A stretch of 25,361 bases of DNA, taken from NCBI GenBank assembly GCA_964481495.1, contig CAYZUY010000009.1, forward strand, positions 4,323 to 29,683, in the 5' to 3' direction. Source of the DNA: an uncultured bacterium. Lineage in GTDB: Bacteria; Cyanobacteriota; Cyanobacteriia; Synechococcales; Synechococcaceae. Of the stretch, positions 1 through 8,333 are shown in pieces (position 1 is the first letter of the stretch; each line of letters starts with the position of its first letter). The notes under the pieces are model-generated. The model was not told where the DNA came from. It worked only from the letters and a program-made list of their open reading frames with translations, and did no database searches. Position numbers and translations under genes: made by a program.

Positions 1-594
1 ATGAAGCTGCTGCCCCGACTCTACAACCCGCTCAGCGGCCGCATTCTGATTGATGACTACGACATCGCCAAGGTGGAGCTCTACTCCCTGCGGCGACAGA
101 TTGGCATCGTTCCCCAGGACAGTCTGCTGTTCGAGGGATCGGTGCAGGACAACATCAGCCTCACCAACCCCGAGGCAAGCAGCGACGAGATCATCGCCGC
201 CGCCAAGATTGCCTGCGCCCACGACTTCATCATGGAACTGCCCGCGGGCTACAACAGCCCGGTGGGTGAGCGGGGCGGAAACCTCTCCGGGGGCCAGCGC
301 CAGCGGATCGCGATCGCCCGCACTATTCTCCAGAACCCGCGCATGCTGGTGATGGACGAAGCCACCAGCGCCCTCGATCCCGACACCGAGCGCCAGGTGA
401 GCCAGAACCTGAAGCAGGCCTTCGCAGGCCGCACCGTCTTTTACATCACCCACCGGCTGAACACCATCCGTCACGCCGATCGGATTCTGATGATGGACAA
501 GGGAGCCGTAGTCGAGTCCGGTACCCACGAGCAGCTGATGGCCCTCAAGGGGCGCTACTTCTGCCTCTACCAGCAACAGGAAGCCGGTAACTGA
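1..594 (+). CDS. Type I secretion ABC transporter (HlyB-like), C-terminal ATPase part; 5' truncated by window edge
   Basis: Q-loop GIVPQD, signature LSGGQRQR, Walker B LVMDEATSALD, H-loop ITHRL, C-terminal GTHEQLMALKGRY; lies directly upstream of an HlyD gene. The ATG at position 1 is probably internal. Confidence 0.93.
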   Translation: MKLLPRLYNPLSGRILIDDYDIAKVELYSLRRQIGIVPQDSLLFEGSVQDNISLTNPEASSDEIIAAAKIACAHDFIMELPAGYNSPVGERGGNLSGGQRQRIAIARTILQNPRMLVMDEATSALDPDTERQVSQNLKQAFAGRTVFYITHRLNTIRHADRILMMDKGAVVESGTHEQLMALKGRYFCLYQQQEAGN

Positions 595-631
595 CCCCCC
601 GCTGTTTCGCCCCCTACCACCCACCACTGCC

Positions 632-1996
632 ATGACCGACTCTCTGCCGACGCCCCATGATGAGCAGCCCGCAGTTCCCGGCGGTGCCATCGTCCCTCGG
701 CCCAATACTCTCCCCCAACGAATCGAGACACACCTGGGCCTCGGCGACTCGGCCATGGCCTTCAAGCAGTCGCCCAGCTGGTCCCGGGCAATTCTCTGGA
801 CGCTGGTCGGCCTAACCACCTTCGGGGTGATCTACGCCTGCGTGGCGAAGATTGACGAGAGCGTTGTTGCCCAGGGCAAGCTCGAACCCAAGGTGAAGGT
901 GAAGCCGATTCAGGTGCCCCTGGGAGGCGTCGTGCGGGAGGTCCTGGTTCAGGACGGTGACATGGTCCGTGCAGGGCAATTGCTGGCGACTCTCGACACC
1001 ACAGCCGCCCGGGCCAAGTCCAGCTCCCTGGCATCGGTGCAGCAGAAGCTGGAGGCCGAAAACCGCCTCTATCGGGCTCAGCTGGGCGAGGGAAGCGGCG
1101 GTATCCTCAGTGTCGATCAGCAGCGACGGCTGCTGGCGGCCCGGTCCGAGTTCCGCTCCCGGCAGGCGGCCGCCTCCCAGGAAATCGCCCAGCAGCAGCG
1201 TCAACTACAGGAAACCGAGGCCCAGTTGCGCAGCAACGCCCAGTCTCTGGCCGTCAACGAGCGCATTCTGCGGGACATCGAACCGCTGTTCCGCCAGGGC
1301 GGCATGTCCCGGGTGCAGTACTACAAACAGGAGGAGCAGGTCTCTCAGCTGCGGGCCGAGGGCGATCGCCTACGGGCCGAGCGGGGCAGGATTCTCGAAA
1401 CCATCGGTCAGGCCCGAGAAAAGCTGATCAACACCCAGGCACTGACCCAGTCGGAGCTGCGCGAGAAAATCGACGACAACGAGAAGCAACTCGACGACAT
1501 CCGCACCCAGCTGAGCGAAACCCAGCTGACCCTGAAGTATCAGAACATCAAAGCCCCGGTGGCCGGTACGGTGTTTGACCTCAAGGCCGGTCCGGGTTTC
1601 GTGGCCAATTCCAGTGAACCGATTCTCAAACTGGTCCCCCGGGACAATCTGGTGGCGCGGGTGTTCATCACCAACCGGGATATCGGCTTCGTGCGGCCAC
1701 CCATGCCTGTGGACGTGCGCATTGATGCCTTCCCCTACAGCGAGTTCGGTGATGTGAAGGGGCAACTGACCGAGATCGGGTCCGATGCTCTGGCTCCGGA
1801 CGAGACCTATCAGTTCTTCCGCTTCCCGGCCACCATCCGCCTCAACCAGCAGACTCTGATGGTGCGGGGACGGCCTGTGAATCTGCAATCCGGCATGTCG
1901 GTGACTGTCAACATCAAGATCCGCCAGCGCCCGGTGATCAGCATCCTCTCCGACCTGTTCAGTCCGGCTTTCGACAGTCTCAAGACCATCCGTTAG
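632..1996 (+). CDS. HlyD-family type I secretion membrane fusion protein
   Basis: One N-terminal TM segment (AILWTLVGLTTFGVIYACV), lipoyl-like halves (GGVVREVLVQDGDMVRAGQLL; IKAPVAGTV), long coiled coil, beta-barrel end (DAFPYSEFG, LQSGMSVTVNIKIRQR). Confidence 0.93.
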   Translation: MTDSLPTPHDEQPAVPGGAIVPRPNTLPQRIETHLGLGDSAMAFKQSPSWSRAILWTLVGLTTFGVIYACVAKIDESVVAQGKLEPKVKVKPIQVPLGGVVREVLVQDGDMVRAGQLLATLDTTAARAKSSSLASVQQKLEAENRLYRAQLGEGSGGILSVDQQRRLLAARSEFRSRQAAASQEIAQQQRQLQETEAQLRSNAQSLAVNERILRDIEPLFRQGGMSRVQYYKQEEQVSQLRAEGDRLRAERGRILETIGQAREKLINTQALTQSELREKIDDNEKQLDDIRTQLSETQLTLKYQNIKAPVAGTVFDLKAGPGFVANSSEPILKLVPRDNLVARVFITNRDIGFVRPPMPVDVRIDAFPYSEFGDVKGQLTEIGSDALAPDETYQFFRFPATIRLNQQTLMVRGRPVNLQSGMSVTVNIKIRQRPVISILSDLFSPAFDSLKTIR

Positions 1997-2046
1997 GTCT
2001 GAACCAACGTGGCACCATGGGTCGAGGATCCCCACGACCTGTTGCC

Positions 2047-2553
2047 ATGTCCCGTTCCTCTCTGCCACGGCGGCGTCTGCTGCATGAACTGGGCCGCTGT
2101 CTGGGGGCAGGCCTGGGGCTGGCGATCGCTCAACCCTCACCGGCCCAGGCAGCCTACCCCGTCAGCTACCCGGATGCGGTCTGGAAACAGCGGCTCAGTC
2201 CCGCAGCCTACGCTGTGCTGCGCCAGGAGGCGACCGAGCGCCCCTTCACCAGCCCCCTCTACACCGAGAAGCGCCGGGGCATCTACCATTGCGCCGGTTG
2301 CGATCAACCCCTGTTCCGCTCCCGGGACAAGTACGACAGCGGCACCGGCTGGCCCAGCTTCAAACAGGCGATCGCCGGGGCCCTGGGCACCAAAACCGAC
2401 TTCAAACTGATCCTGCCACGCACGGAATACCACTGCAGCCGCTGTGGCGGCCACCAGGGCCACGTTTTCGATGACGGCCCACCGCCCACGGGCAAACGCT
2501 ACTGCAACAATGGTGTCGCTCTGCGCTTCCGTCCCGCCGCCAATCAGGGCTGA
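2047..2553 (+). CDS. msrB: Peptide-methionine (R)-S-oxide reductase MsrB with twin-arginine signal
   Basis: TERPF, CAGC and CSRC zinc pairs, KYDSGTGWPSF, GHQGHVFDDGP, RYCNNG. Start placed at ATG 2047, which gives the leader SSLPRRRLL...AQA. Confidence 0.93.
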   Translation: MSRSSLPRRRLLHELGRCLGAGLGLAIAQPSPAQAAYPVSYPDAVWKQRLSPAAYAVLRQEATERPFTSPLYTEKRRGIYHCAGCDQPLFRSRDKYDSGTGWPSFKQAIAGALGTKTDFKLILPRTEYHCSRCGGHQGHVFDDGPPPTGKRYCNNGVALRFRPAANQG

Positions 2554-3461
2554 TCCGGATCCAGGGAGGGGGGTGGCTCGGCTTCCAGTGCCAGGGGCTC
2601 CCCCGTGATCGGATGGGGCAGCTGCAACCGCCAGGCATGAAGGTGGTAGCCGCAGTCTCCGGGCACCGCTGCGATGCCGCGGGGTACACCGCCAGGCCCG
2701 TAGAGCGGGTCCCCCAGCAGCGGATAGCCCAGACTGGCCAGATGGACGCGGATCTGGTGGGGGCGACCGGTGGCGATCGCCACCTCGACCAGGGTGCGGT
2801 CGGCCCAGCAACGCCGCACCGTCACCTCGCTCAGTGCCGGTTTACCTGCCGCCGAGGCAGCATGGATCGTTCCCAACTGGGGATAGGCGACGGGACCGAT
2901 GGGCTGGGTCACGGTCAGCTGCGGCGGCAGATCGGGAGCCGGACCGATCAGGGCCAGATAGGTCTTGTGAATGCGGCGATCGCCCGCCGTCCCCGCCCGC
3001 ATCCAATCGCTGAGCACCGCCCGGGCCCGGCGGCTGCGCGCCAGCAGCACTAGCCCCGAGGTGCCCCGCCCGAGGCGATGGATCGGGTAGGGCGTGTCCT
3101 CGGGAAACTGCCGCTGAAGTTGGTGCAGCAGGGTGTGCTCCAGAAAGCCGCCCCCCGGCAGCACCGGCAGACCCGAAGGTTTCTCGACCACGATCAGGTC
3201 CTGATCCGCGTGACAGAGGTGGAAGTCCAGGGGCACCGTCGGTTCCTGCCAGGGCGGCCGATGATAGCTGAGCTGCTGCCCGGGCTGGAGACGGGTCTCC
3301 GGTGTTGCCCGCTGATCATCGATCCGAACCTGACCGGCCTCGATCCGGGCCCGCCACTCCTCTCGGTCGGAATGACGGTAGCGATCGCCGTAGAACTCCA
3401 GCAGGGTGCAGCCCGTAGCGGCGCGATCCACCCGATCCCGATAGACCCAGCCCTGGTTCAC
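2544..3461 (-). CDS. RluA-family pseudouridine synthase-like protein with S4 domain; catalytic Asp absent
   Basis: S4-like N-terminus, EKPSGLPVLP, IHRLGRGTSG, TGRPHQIRVH, LGDPLY, LHAWRL. GTG at 3461 has GGAG 5 nt upstream and overlaps the upstream gene's TGA. Confidence 0.88.
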   Translation of the reverse strand: MNQGWVYRDRVDRAATGCTLLEFYGDRYRHSDREEWRARIEAGQVRIDDQRATPETRLQPGQQLSYHRPPWQEPTVPLDFHLCHADQDLIVVEKPSGLPVLPGGGFLEHTLLHQLQRQFPEDTPYPIHRLGRGTSGLVLLARSRRARAVLSDWMRAGTAGDRRIHKTYLALIGPAPDLPPQLTVTQPIGPVAYPQLGTIHAASAAGKPALSEVTVRRCWADRTLVEVAIATGRPHQIRVHLASLGYPLLGDPLYGPGGVPRGIAAVPGDCGYHLHAWRLQLPHPITGEPLALEAEPPPSLDPDQP

Positions 3462-4120
3462 GGCCACTCCTGATCCCGAGCTGCCACCAGACAGGCCTGC
3501 ACCTCGGCATCCTCTGTCTGGTCGAAGCGGACATACCAGAGCCCAACCGCCTCCAGGGGCCGGGGCTCGAGCAGCGCCACGAGGTCATCCACCAGGGGTC
3601 GCAGCCGCCGGGCCACCCCGGGATCGATCACCGGCACCGCCACCACGATCCGGGCGGGCTGCTGCTGGCGCAGGGCGGCGATCGCCGCCCGCAGGCTGGC
3701 ACCGGTGGCCACGCCGTCATCCACCAGAATCACCGTGCGGCCGAGCAGGGAGAGCAGGGGGCGATCACCGCGATAGACCGACAGGCGTCGCTGCAGTTCC
3801 GCCTCCTCCCGTGCCGTCACCCGCGCCAGCGCTGCCTCGCTGATCTGCAGATCTGCCACCAGCGCCTGATCGAGCCAGCGGATACCGCCGGGGGCGATCG
3901 CTCCCATCGCCAGTTCCTCGTGGCCGGGCACCCCCAACTTGCGCACCAGCCAGACATCCAGGGGCAGATCCAGCGCCGCTGCAATTTCGGCACCCACCGG
4001 CACTCCGCCCCGGGGCAGGGCCAGCACCCAGGTGCGGGGGGATCGCCGATAGTCTGCCAGCGCCTCGGCCAGCAGCCGACCAGCCTGACGGCGATCCGTG
4101 AATCGGGACAGGGAAGCCAT
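3458..4120 (-). CDS. Phosphoribosyltransferase-family protein
   Basis: FTDRRQAGRLLA, ALPRGGVPVG, VRKLGVPGHEELAMGAIA, PRPP-binding VILVDDGVATGAS, WYVRFDQTEDAEV. ATG 4120 has GGAGG upstream. Confidence 0.9.
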   Translation of the reverse strand: MASLSRFTDRRQAGRLLAEALADYRRSPRTWVLALPRGGVPVGAEIAAALDLPLDVWLVRKLGVPGHEELAMGAIAPGGIRWLDQALVADLQISEAALARVTAREEAELQRRLSVYRGDRPLLSLLGRTVILVDDGVATGASLRAAIAALRQQQPARIVVAVPVIDPGVARRLRPLVDDLVALLEPRPLEAVGLWYVRFDQTEDAEVQACLVAARDQEWP

Positions 4121-4173
4121 GGAGCCCTCCCGCCGCATGCGGCGCTCCTGTGCCTCCAGCCTAGCCGCGACCG

Positions 4174-5151
4174 TCACCGGCTCTGGAAGATGTTGCGGGT
4201 CATCCGACCGGTGCAGCGACCCGCCGCCTGATCCAGTTCCAGCACTGCGGCTGCAGGCAGATCCCAGTCGAGGGCGCCCAGATTCTCTCGGGCCTGGGTG
4301 AGACTGCGCGCCCCCGGGATGGGAATCGTCTCCTTCTGCAGACACCAGTTGAGGGCCACCTGGGCAGGGCTGCGGCCGGTCTGGGTGGCCACCTCCCGCA
4401 GGCAGCCCAGCAGCGGTCGCACCTTGGGCAGCAGCTGCCGGAACAGCAGCCCCCGCACCCCTGAGGGCAGCGGCCCCCGTTCGCTGTACTTGCCGGTGAG
4501 CAGCCCCAGGGTAAGCGGGCTGTAGGCAATCAGCCGCACCCCCAGTTCGCGGCAGGTGGTGCGCAGTTCCGCATCCGGGCCAGGTTCGTAGGTGAGCAGC
4601 GAATACTGCACCTGCAGCGAGGTCAGCGGCACCCCCAGGGCCTGCAGGCGCCGGTGGGCCCAGCGCAGCCGCTGGGGCCCGAAGTTGGACAGCCCCACCC
4701 CCCGCACGGCGCCCTGGCTGTAGAGATCCGCCAGCCCATCGAGTAGGGCCGCCTCCTGCCAGGGGGCATAGTTGGCCGTCGACCAGTGCAGCTGTACCAG
4801 ATCGATGGGACGCCCGAACCGGGCCGCCGAGGCCCGCCCCGCCTGCACCATCGCTCCCCGGGTCAGCCGCCAGGGATAGGGCGCCAGCTTGGTGGCCAGA
4901 CAGAGGGATGCCTGTCGGGACGGCTCCAACTGCCGGGCGAACTGCCCCAGCAGACTTTCACTGCGTCCCTTGAGACGACCGGTACCGTAGGAGTCGCCCG
5001 AGTCGAACAGCGTCACACCGGCAGCGACGCAGGTCTCGAACACCTGCCGCAGGTCCCGATCCTGCTGCTCGTCATAGCCCCAGAGAAAGCGGTTGCCCCA
5101 GGCCCAGGTGCCGCAACCCATGGGTGGCAGTTGAAGGGGTGGACGTTCCAT
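4174..5151 (-). CDS. Aldo/keto reductase (resembles the pyridoxal-reductase-like subgroup)
   Basis: GTWAWG, FDSGDSYG, ATK, DLVQLHW, GVGLSN, QVQYSLL, IAYSPL, IPIPGA motifs. Subgroup call is from memory. Confidence 0.9.
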   Translation of the reverse strand: MERPPLQLPPMGCGTWAWGNRFLWGYDEQQDRDLRQVFETCVAAGVTLFDSGDSYGTGRLKGRSESLLGQFARQLEPSRQASLCLATKLAPYPWRLTRGAMVQAGRASAARFGRPIDLVQLHWSTANYAPWQEAALLDGLADLYSQGAVRGVGLSNFGPQRLRWAHRRLQALGVPLTSLQVQYSLLTYEPGPDAELRTTCRELGVRLIAYSPLTLGLLTGKYSERGPLPSGVRGLLFRQLLPKVRPLLGCLREVATQTGRSPAQVALNWCLQKETIPIPGARSLTQARENLGALDWDLPAAAVLELDQAAGRCTGRMTRNIFQSR

Positions 5152-5236
5152 GCAAGCCGGTCCGGGGGAGTGACATTTACTCTATTAGTTAAGGCCCTGG
5201 CCCCGATAATCCGTGCGTCTCCCCGAAGCCTTTTCC

Positions 5237-5536
5237 ATGACATCGCTGCGTCCACTGTTGGCTGCCCTGGTCCTGGCCTCGCTGCCCGCCATTGCCCAGG
5301 CCGCCGCTCCGCCCGTGACCCGCGCCAGCTTCGAACCCGCCTGCCTGAAGAACAGCAAGGACCAGGGTGCGCCCCCGGCTCTGAGCAGCGCGGTCTGTGC
5401 CTGCCTCTGGGAGAAGATCCAGGCTGACCCGAAGCTGGACCGCACCTCCACCACCGCCGTCAGCAGCTACGTCCAGGACAACCTGCGGCCCTGCCTGCGC
5501 CAGGTGCTGCGCCAGAGCACCCGCCGCACCCCCTGA
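5237..5536 (+). CDS. Small secreted hypothetical protein with four Cys (99 aa)
   Basis: Sec-type signal peptide (MTSLRPLLAALVLASLPAIAQA), GC-rich third codon positions, fills the gap before trmD. Confidence 0.75.
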   Translation: MTSLRPLLAALVLASLPAIAQAAAPPVTRASFEPACLKNSKDQGAPPALSSAVCACLWEKIQADPKLDRTSTTAVSSYVQDNLRPCLRQVLRQSTRRTP

Positions 5537-5588
5537 TACCCGGGGCACGCATCGGCGAAAATGGCTGAATTGGCCTGCGGACCCGACC

Positions 5589-6290
5589 TTGCGCTACGAC
5601 ATCCTCACCCTGTTTCCGGACTTCTTCGCCTCACCCCTGCAGTCCGGGCTGATCGGCAAGGCCCTGGGCCGGGGCATCGCCGAGGTAAACCTGACGGACT
5701 TCCGGGACTTCGCGACCGATAAGCACCACAAGGTGGATGACGAGCCCTACGGCGGCGGCGCCGGGATGCTGCTCAAGCCGGAGCCGATCTTCGCCGCCCT
5801 CGAGTCCCTGCCCCGACGCCCCCGCAGCCTCTCGCTGTTCATGACCCCCCAGGGCGAACCGATGCACCAGGAGATGTTCCAGGAACTGGTGCGGGACTAC
5901 GACCAGCTGATCCTGCTGTGCGGCCACTACGAAGGCGTAGACGAGCGGGTACTGACCCTGATCGATCGCGAGGTCTCCCTGGGGGACTTCGTGCTCACCT
6001 GCGGTGAGATTCCAGCCCTGACCTTGCTCAACGGCACCATCCGCCTGCTGCCGGGCACCGTCGGCAAGGAGGAGTCGCTACGCTTCGAGAGCTTCGAGGA
6101 ACCGTTGCTCGACTACCCCCAGTACACCCGCCCGCCGGAGTTCCGCGGCATGGGCATTCCCGAGGTACTGCGCTCGGGCAACCACGGCGCGATCGCCCGC
6201 TGGCGGCGGGAGCAGCAGATCCAGCGCACCCGCGATCGCCGCCCGGACCTCTACGAACGCTGGCTGGCCCAGCAGCAACAGCAGCAGTAG
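5589..6290 (+). CDS. trmD: tRNA (guanine37-N1)-methyltransferase TrmD
   Basis: TTG start gives MRYDILTLFP; VDDEPYGGGAGM, LCGHYEGVDER, SLGDFVLTCGE, LDYPQYTRP, LRSGNH. The ORF-track extension back to 5397 overlaps the previous gene and is rejected. Confidence 0.96.
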   Translation: MRYDILTLFPDFFASPLQSGLIGKALGRGIAEVNLTDFRDFATDKHHKVDDEPYGGGAGMLLKPEPIFAALESLPRRPRSLSLFMTPQGEPMHQEMFQELVRDYDQLILLCGHYEGVDERVLTLIDREVSLGDFVLTCGEIPALTLLNGTIRLLPGTVGKEESLRFESFEEPLLDYPQYTRPPEFRGMGIPEVLRSGNHGAIARWRREQQIQRTRDRRPDLYERWLAQQQQQQ

Positions 6291-6335
6291 CAGAAAGCCG
6301 GGGTAGAATCGGGGCCGCAAGGCTCGGGAACCTCC

Positions 6336-6818
6336 ATGGCGGACCTCCGCATCGGCAACGGCTATGACATGCACCGGCTGGTGGAAGGCCGACCGCTGAT
6401 CCTGGGCGGCATCGAAATCGAGCACAGCCTTGGCCTGGATGGCCACAGCGACGCCGACGTGCTTACCCACGCGATCATGGACGCCATGCTCGGGGCCCTC
6501 AGCCTCGGTGACATCGGTCACTACTTCCCGCCCACGGATCCGAAGTGGAAGGGGGCCAACAGCCTGGAGCTGCTGCGCCAGGTCAACCAGCTGCTGCTGC
6601 AGCGGGGCTGGCGGATCAGCAACCTCGACACGGTGGTGGTGGCGGAGCGGCCCAAGCTCAAACCCCACATCGAGGCCATGCGCAGTCGGCTGGCCACCGT
6701 ACTCGGTCTGGCTCCGGATCAGGTAGGCGTGAAGGCGACCACCAACGAGCAGCTCGGACCCACCGGCCGCGAGGAAGGGATCTGCGCCTACGCCGTCGCT
6801 CTGCTGGCCCGCAGCTGA
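6336..6818 (+). CDS. ispF: 2-C-methyl-D-erythritol 2,4-cyclodiphosphate synthase
   Basis: [38 protein letters not shown]. Confidence 0.97.
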   Translation: MADLRIGNGYDMHRLVEGRPLILGGIEIEHSLGLDGHSDADVLTHAIMDAMLGALSLGDIGHYFPPTDPKWKGANSLELLRQVNQLLLQRGWRISNLDTVVVAERPKLKPHIEAMRSRLATVLGLAPDQVGVKATTNEQLGPTGREEGICAYAVALLARS

Positions 6819-6819
6819 G

Positions 6820-7575
6820 ATGCTCGACCCGGCCCGCACCCAGGCACTGCTGGCGGATGTCGCCGCCGGTCGGGTCGCCCCGGAGCAGGCCCTCGACCAG
6901 CTGCGGCGTCTGGACACGGAATCGGTCGGGGATTTCGCCCGCATCGACCATCACCGGGAACTGCGCACCGGTTTTCCGGAGGCGATCTGGGGCCAGGACA
7001 AGACCCCGGAGCAGCTGCGCCGGATGCTCGAACAGCTGGCCCGCAGCGATCGCCGCGCCCTGATCACCCGCCTCGATCCCGACGCGTTCCGGCAGCTGCG
7101 CGGCTGCGTACCCGACCTGCGCTACTACGAAGCCGCCCGTATCCTCGCCCTCCGTCCGGACGAGTCCGTCCGGCAGGCGGGTCAGCTGGCGATCCTGGCG
7201 GCAGGCACCTCGGATCTGCCGGTGGCGGAGGAGGCCACCGTTACCGCCCGCCTCAGCGGCTTCGCCGTCGACTGCATCTGGGACGTGGGGGTGGCCGGAC
7301 TGCACCGCCTGCTCCAGCAGCGCGATCGCCTCGACCGGGCCGACGCAATCATCGCCGTGGCCGGCATGGAGGGCGCCCTGCCCACCGTGGTCGCGGGCCT
7401 GACCCGGGCAGCGGTGATCGCGGTGCCCACCAGCATCGGCTACGCTGCCAGCTTCGGCGGGCTCTCGGCCCTGCTGACCATGCTCAACAGCTGCGCCACC
7501 GGCATCGGCGTCGTCAATATCGACAACGGCTACGGGGCCGCCATGCTGGCCGCCCGCATCCTCAGCCGCCGCTGA
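6820..7575 (+). CDS. larB: LarB / PurE-like protein (cyanobacterial CpmA type)
   Basis: FARIDHHRELRTGFPEAIWG, AGTSDLPVAEEA, DVGVAGLHRL, AGMEGALP, AVPTSIGY, MLNSCATG, VNIDNGYGAA. Confidence 0.92.
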   Translation: MLDPARTQALLADVAAGRVAPEQALDQLRRLDTESVGDFARIDHHRELRTGFPEAIWGQDKTPEQLRRMLEQLARSDRRALITRLDPDAFRQLRGCVPDLRYYEAARILALRPDESVRQAGQLAILAAGTSDLPVAEEATVTARLSGFAVDCIWDVGVAGLHRLLQQRDRLDRADAIIAVAGMEGALPTVVAGLTRAAVIAVPTSIGYAASFGGLSALLTMLNSCATGIGVVNIDNGYGAAMLAARILSRR

Positions 7576-7794
7576 GCACCCCCCGGCGATCGCCCCGGGG
7601 GATCGCTTGTCGGTATTCTTTGACAATCACCACCCCAGAAACGGGGAGTAAGCAACCGAAACAACTGCCCCAAGTCCAGCCGGGCTGAGCCATGCGGAAA
7701 CAGCAGATTTCAGAAAGTGTTTCTGATTTCCCTTCCGCATCCCAGATGTTTACTGTATGATTTGCGAGTCCGAAATCGAGGCAGTATTCCCAGC

Positions 7795-8067
7795 ATGAAT
7801 AAAGGTGAACTGGTCGATCAGGTTGCCGTTCGCACCGGCCTGACCAAAGCCCAGGTGTCGGCGGCCATCGATGCCACGCTCGATACCATCATCGAATCCG
7901 TCGTCAGCGGTGAAAAGGTGTCCATTCTCGGCTTCGGCGCCTTCGAGTCCCGCGAGCGTTCCGCCCGTCAGGGTCTCAACCCCAAAACCGGCGAAAAGAT
8001 CAAGATTCCTGCCAAGAAGGTGCCTGCTTTCACCGCTGGCAAGCTGTTCAAGGATCGCGTCAAGTAA
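7795..8067 (+). CDS. hup: Histone-like DNA-binding protein HU
   Basis: MNKGELV..., GFGAFESRERSARQGLNPKTGEKIKIPAKKVPAF. Start moved to ATG 7795. A TATGAT -10-like hexamer lies at 7756-7761. Confidence 0.96.
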   Translation: MNKGELVDQVAVRTGLTKAQVSAAIDATLDTIIESVVSGEKVSILGFGAFESRERSARQGLNPKTGEKIKIPAKKVPAFTAGKLFKDRVK

Positions 8068-8083
8068 TTGTCCCCCGGACAAT

Positions 8084-8123
8084 CGGAAAGGGCCTGTCAT
8101 CTCGGGATGACAGGCCCTTTCCG
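8084..8123. terminator. Strong hairpin, probably a bidirectional terminator between hup and the convergent mutS operon
   Basis: Perfect 18-bp stem CGGAAAGGGCCTGTCATC / GATGACAGGCCCTTTCCG with a TCGG loop. Confidence 0.85.
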
Positions 8124-8135
8124 GTTCTGAGCGTC

Positions 8136-8333
8136 TCAGGCCAGGTGATGATGCACCGGGTCATAGCGACCGCGGAACCAGGCGAGAATCTCCTCGGTAT
8201 TCAGCAGTCGCGGCACCAGTTGCTGAGCACCCTGGAACAGGTGCTCAAACGGTTCAAGAATCCGATACTCCCGATTGACGGCCACATCCAGCCGGTCGTG
8301 GAGTTCGGCATCGAGCTTAGCCAGACGAGCCAT
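8136..8333 (-). CDS. Hypothetical 65-aa protein downstream of mutS
   Basis: Protein-like composition, about two-thirds GC at third positions, same strand as mutS, stops 12 nt before the hairpin. No family recognised, and the nearest GGAGG is far from the ATG. Confidence 0.5.
   Translation of the reverse strand: MARLAKLDAELHDRLDVAVNREYRILEPFEHLFQGAQQLVPRLLNTEEILAWFRGRYDPVHHHLA

Noticed and set aside
4121-4173. 14-bp palindrome CGCCGCATGCGGCG (4131-44) near the phosphoribosyltransferase ribosome-binding site
   Set aside because: Single GC-rich copy, and the GGAGG stays largely unpaired; no support for regulation.
6270-6293. CAG run as a phase-variable or expanding repeat
   Set aside because: Too short and interrupted by CAA and TAG; triplet slippage would not change the frame. 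It matters only for the stop-codon finding.
7630-7705. Yfr2-like small RNA suggested by GGAAACA
   Set aside because: Only one full GGAAACA, not the tandem pair, and no matching 5' motif.
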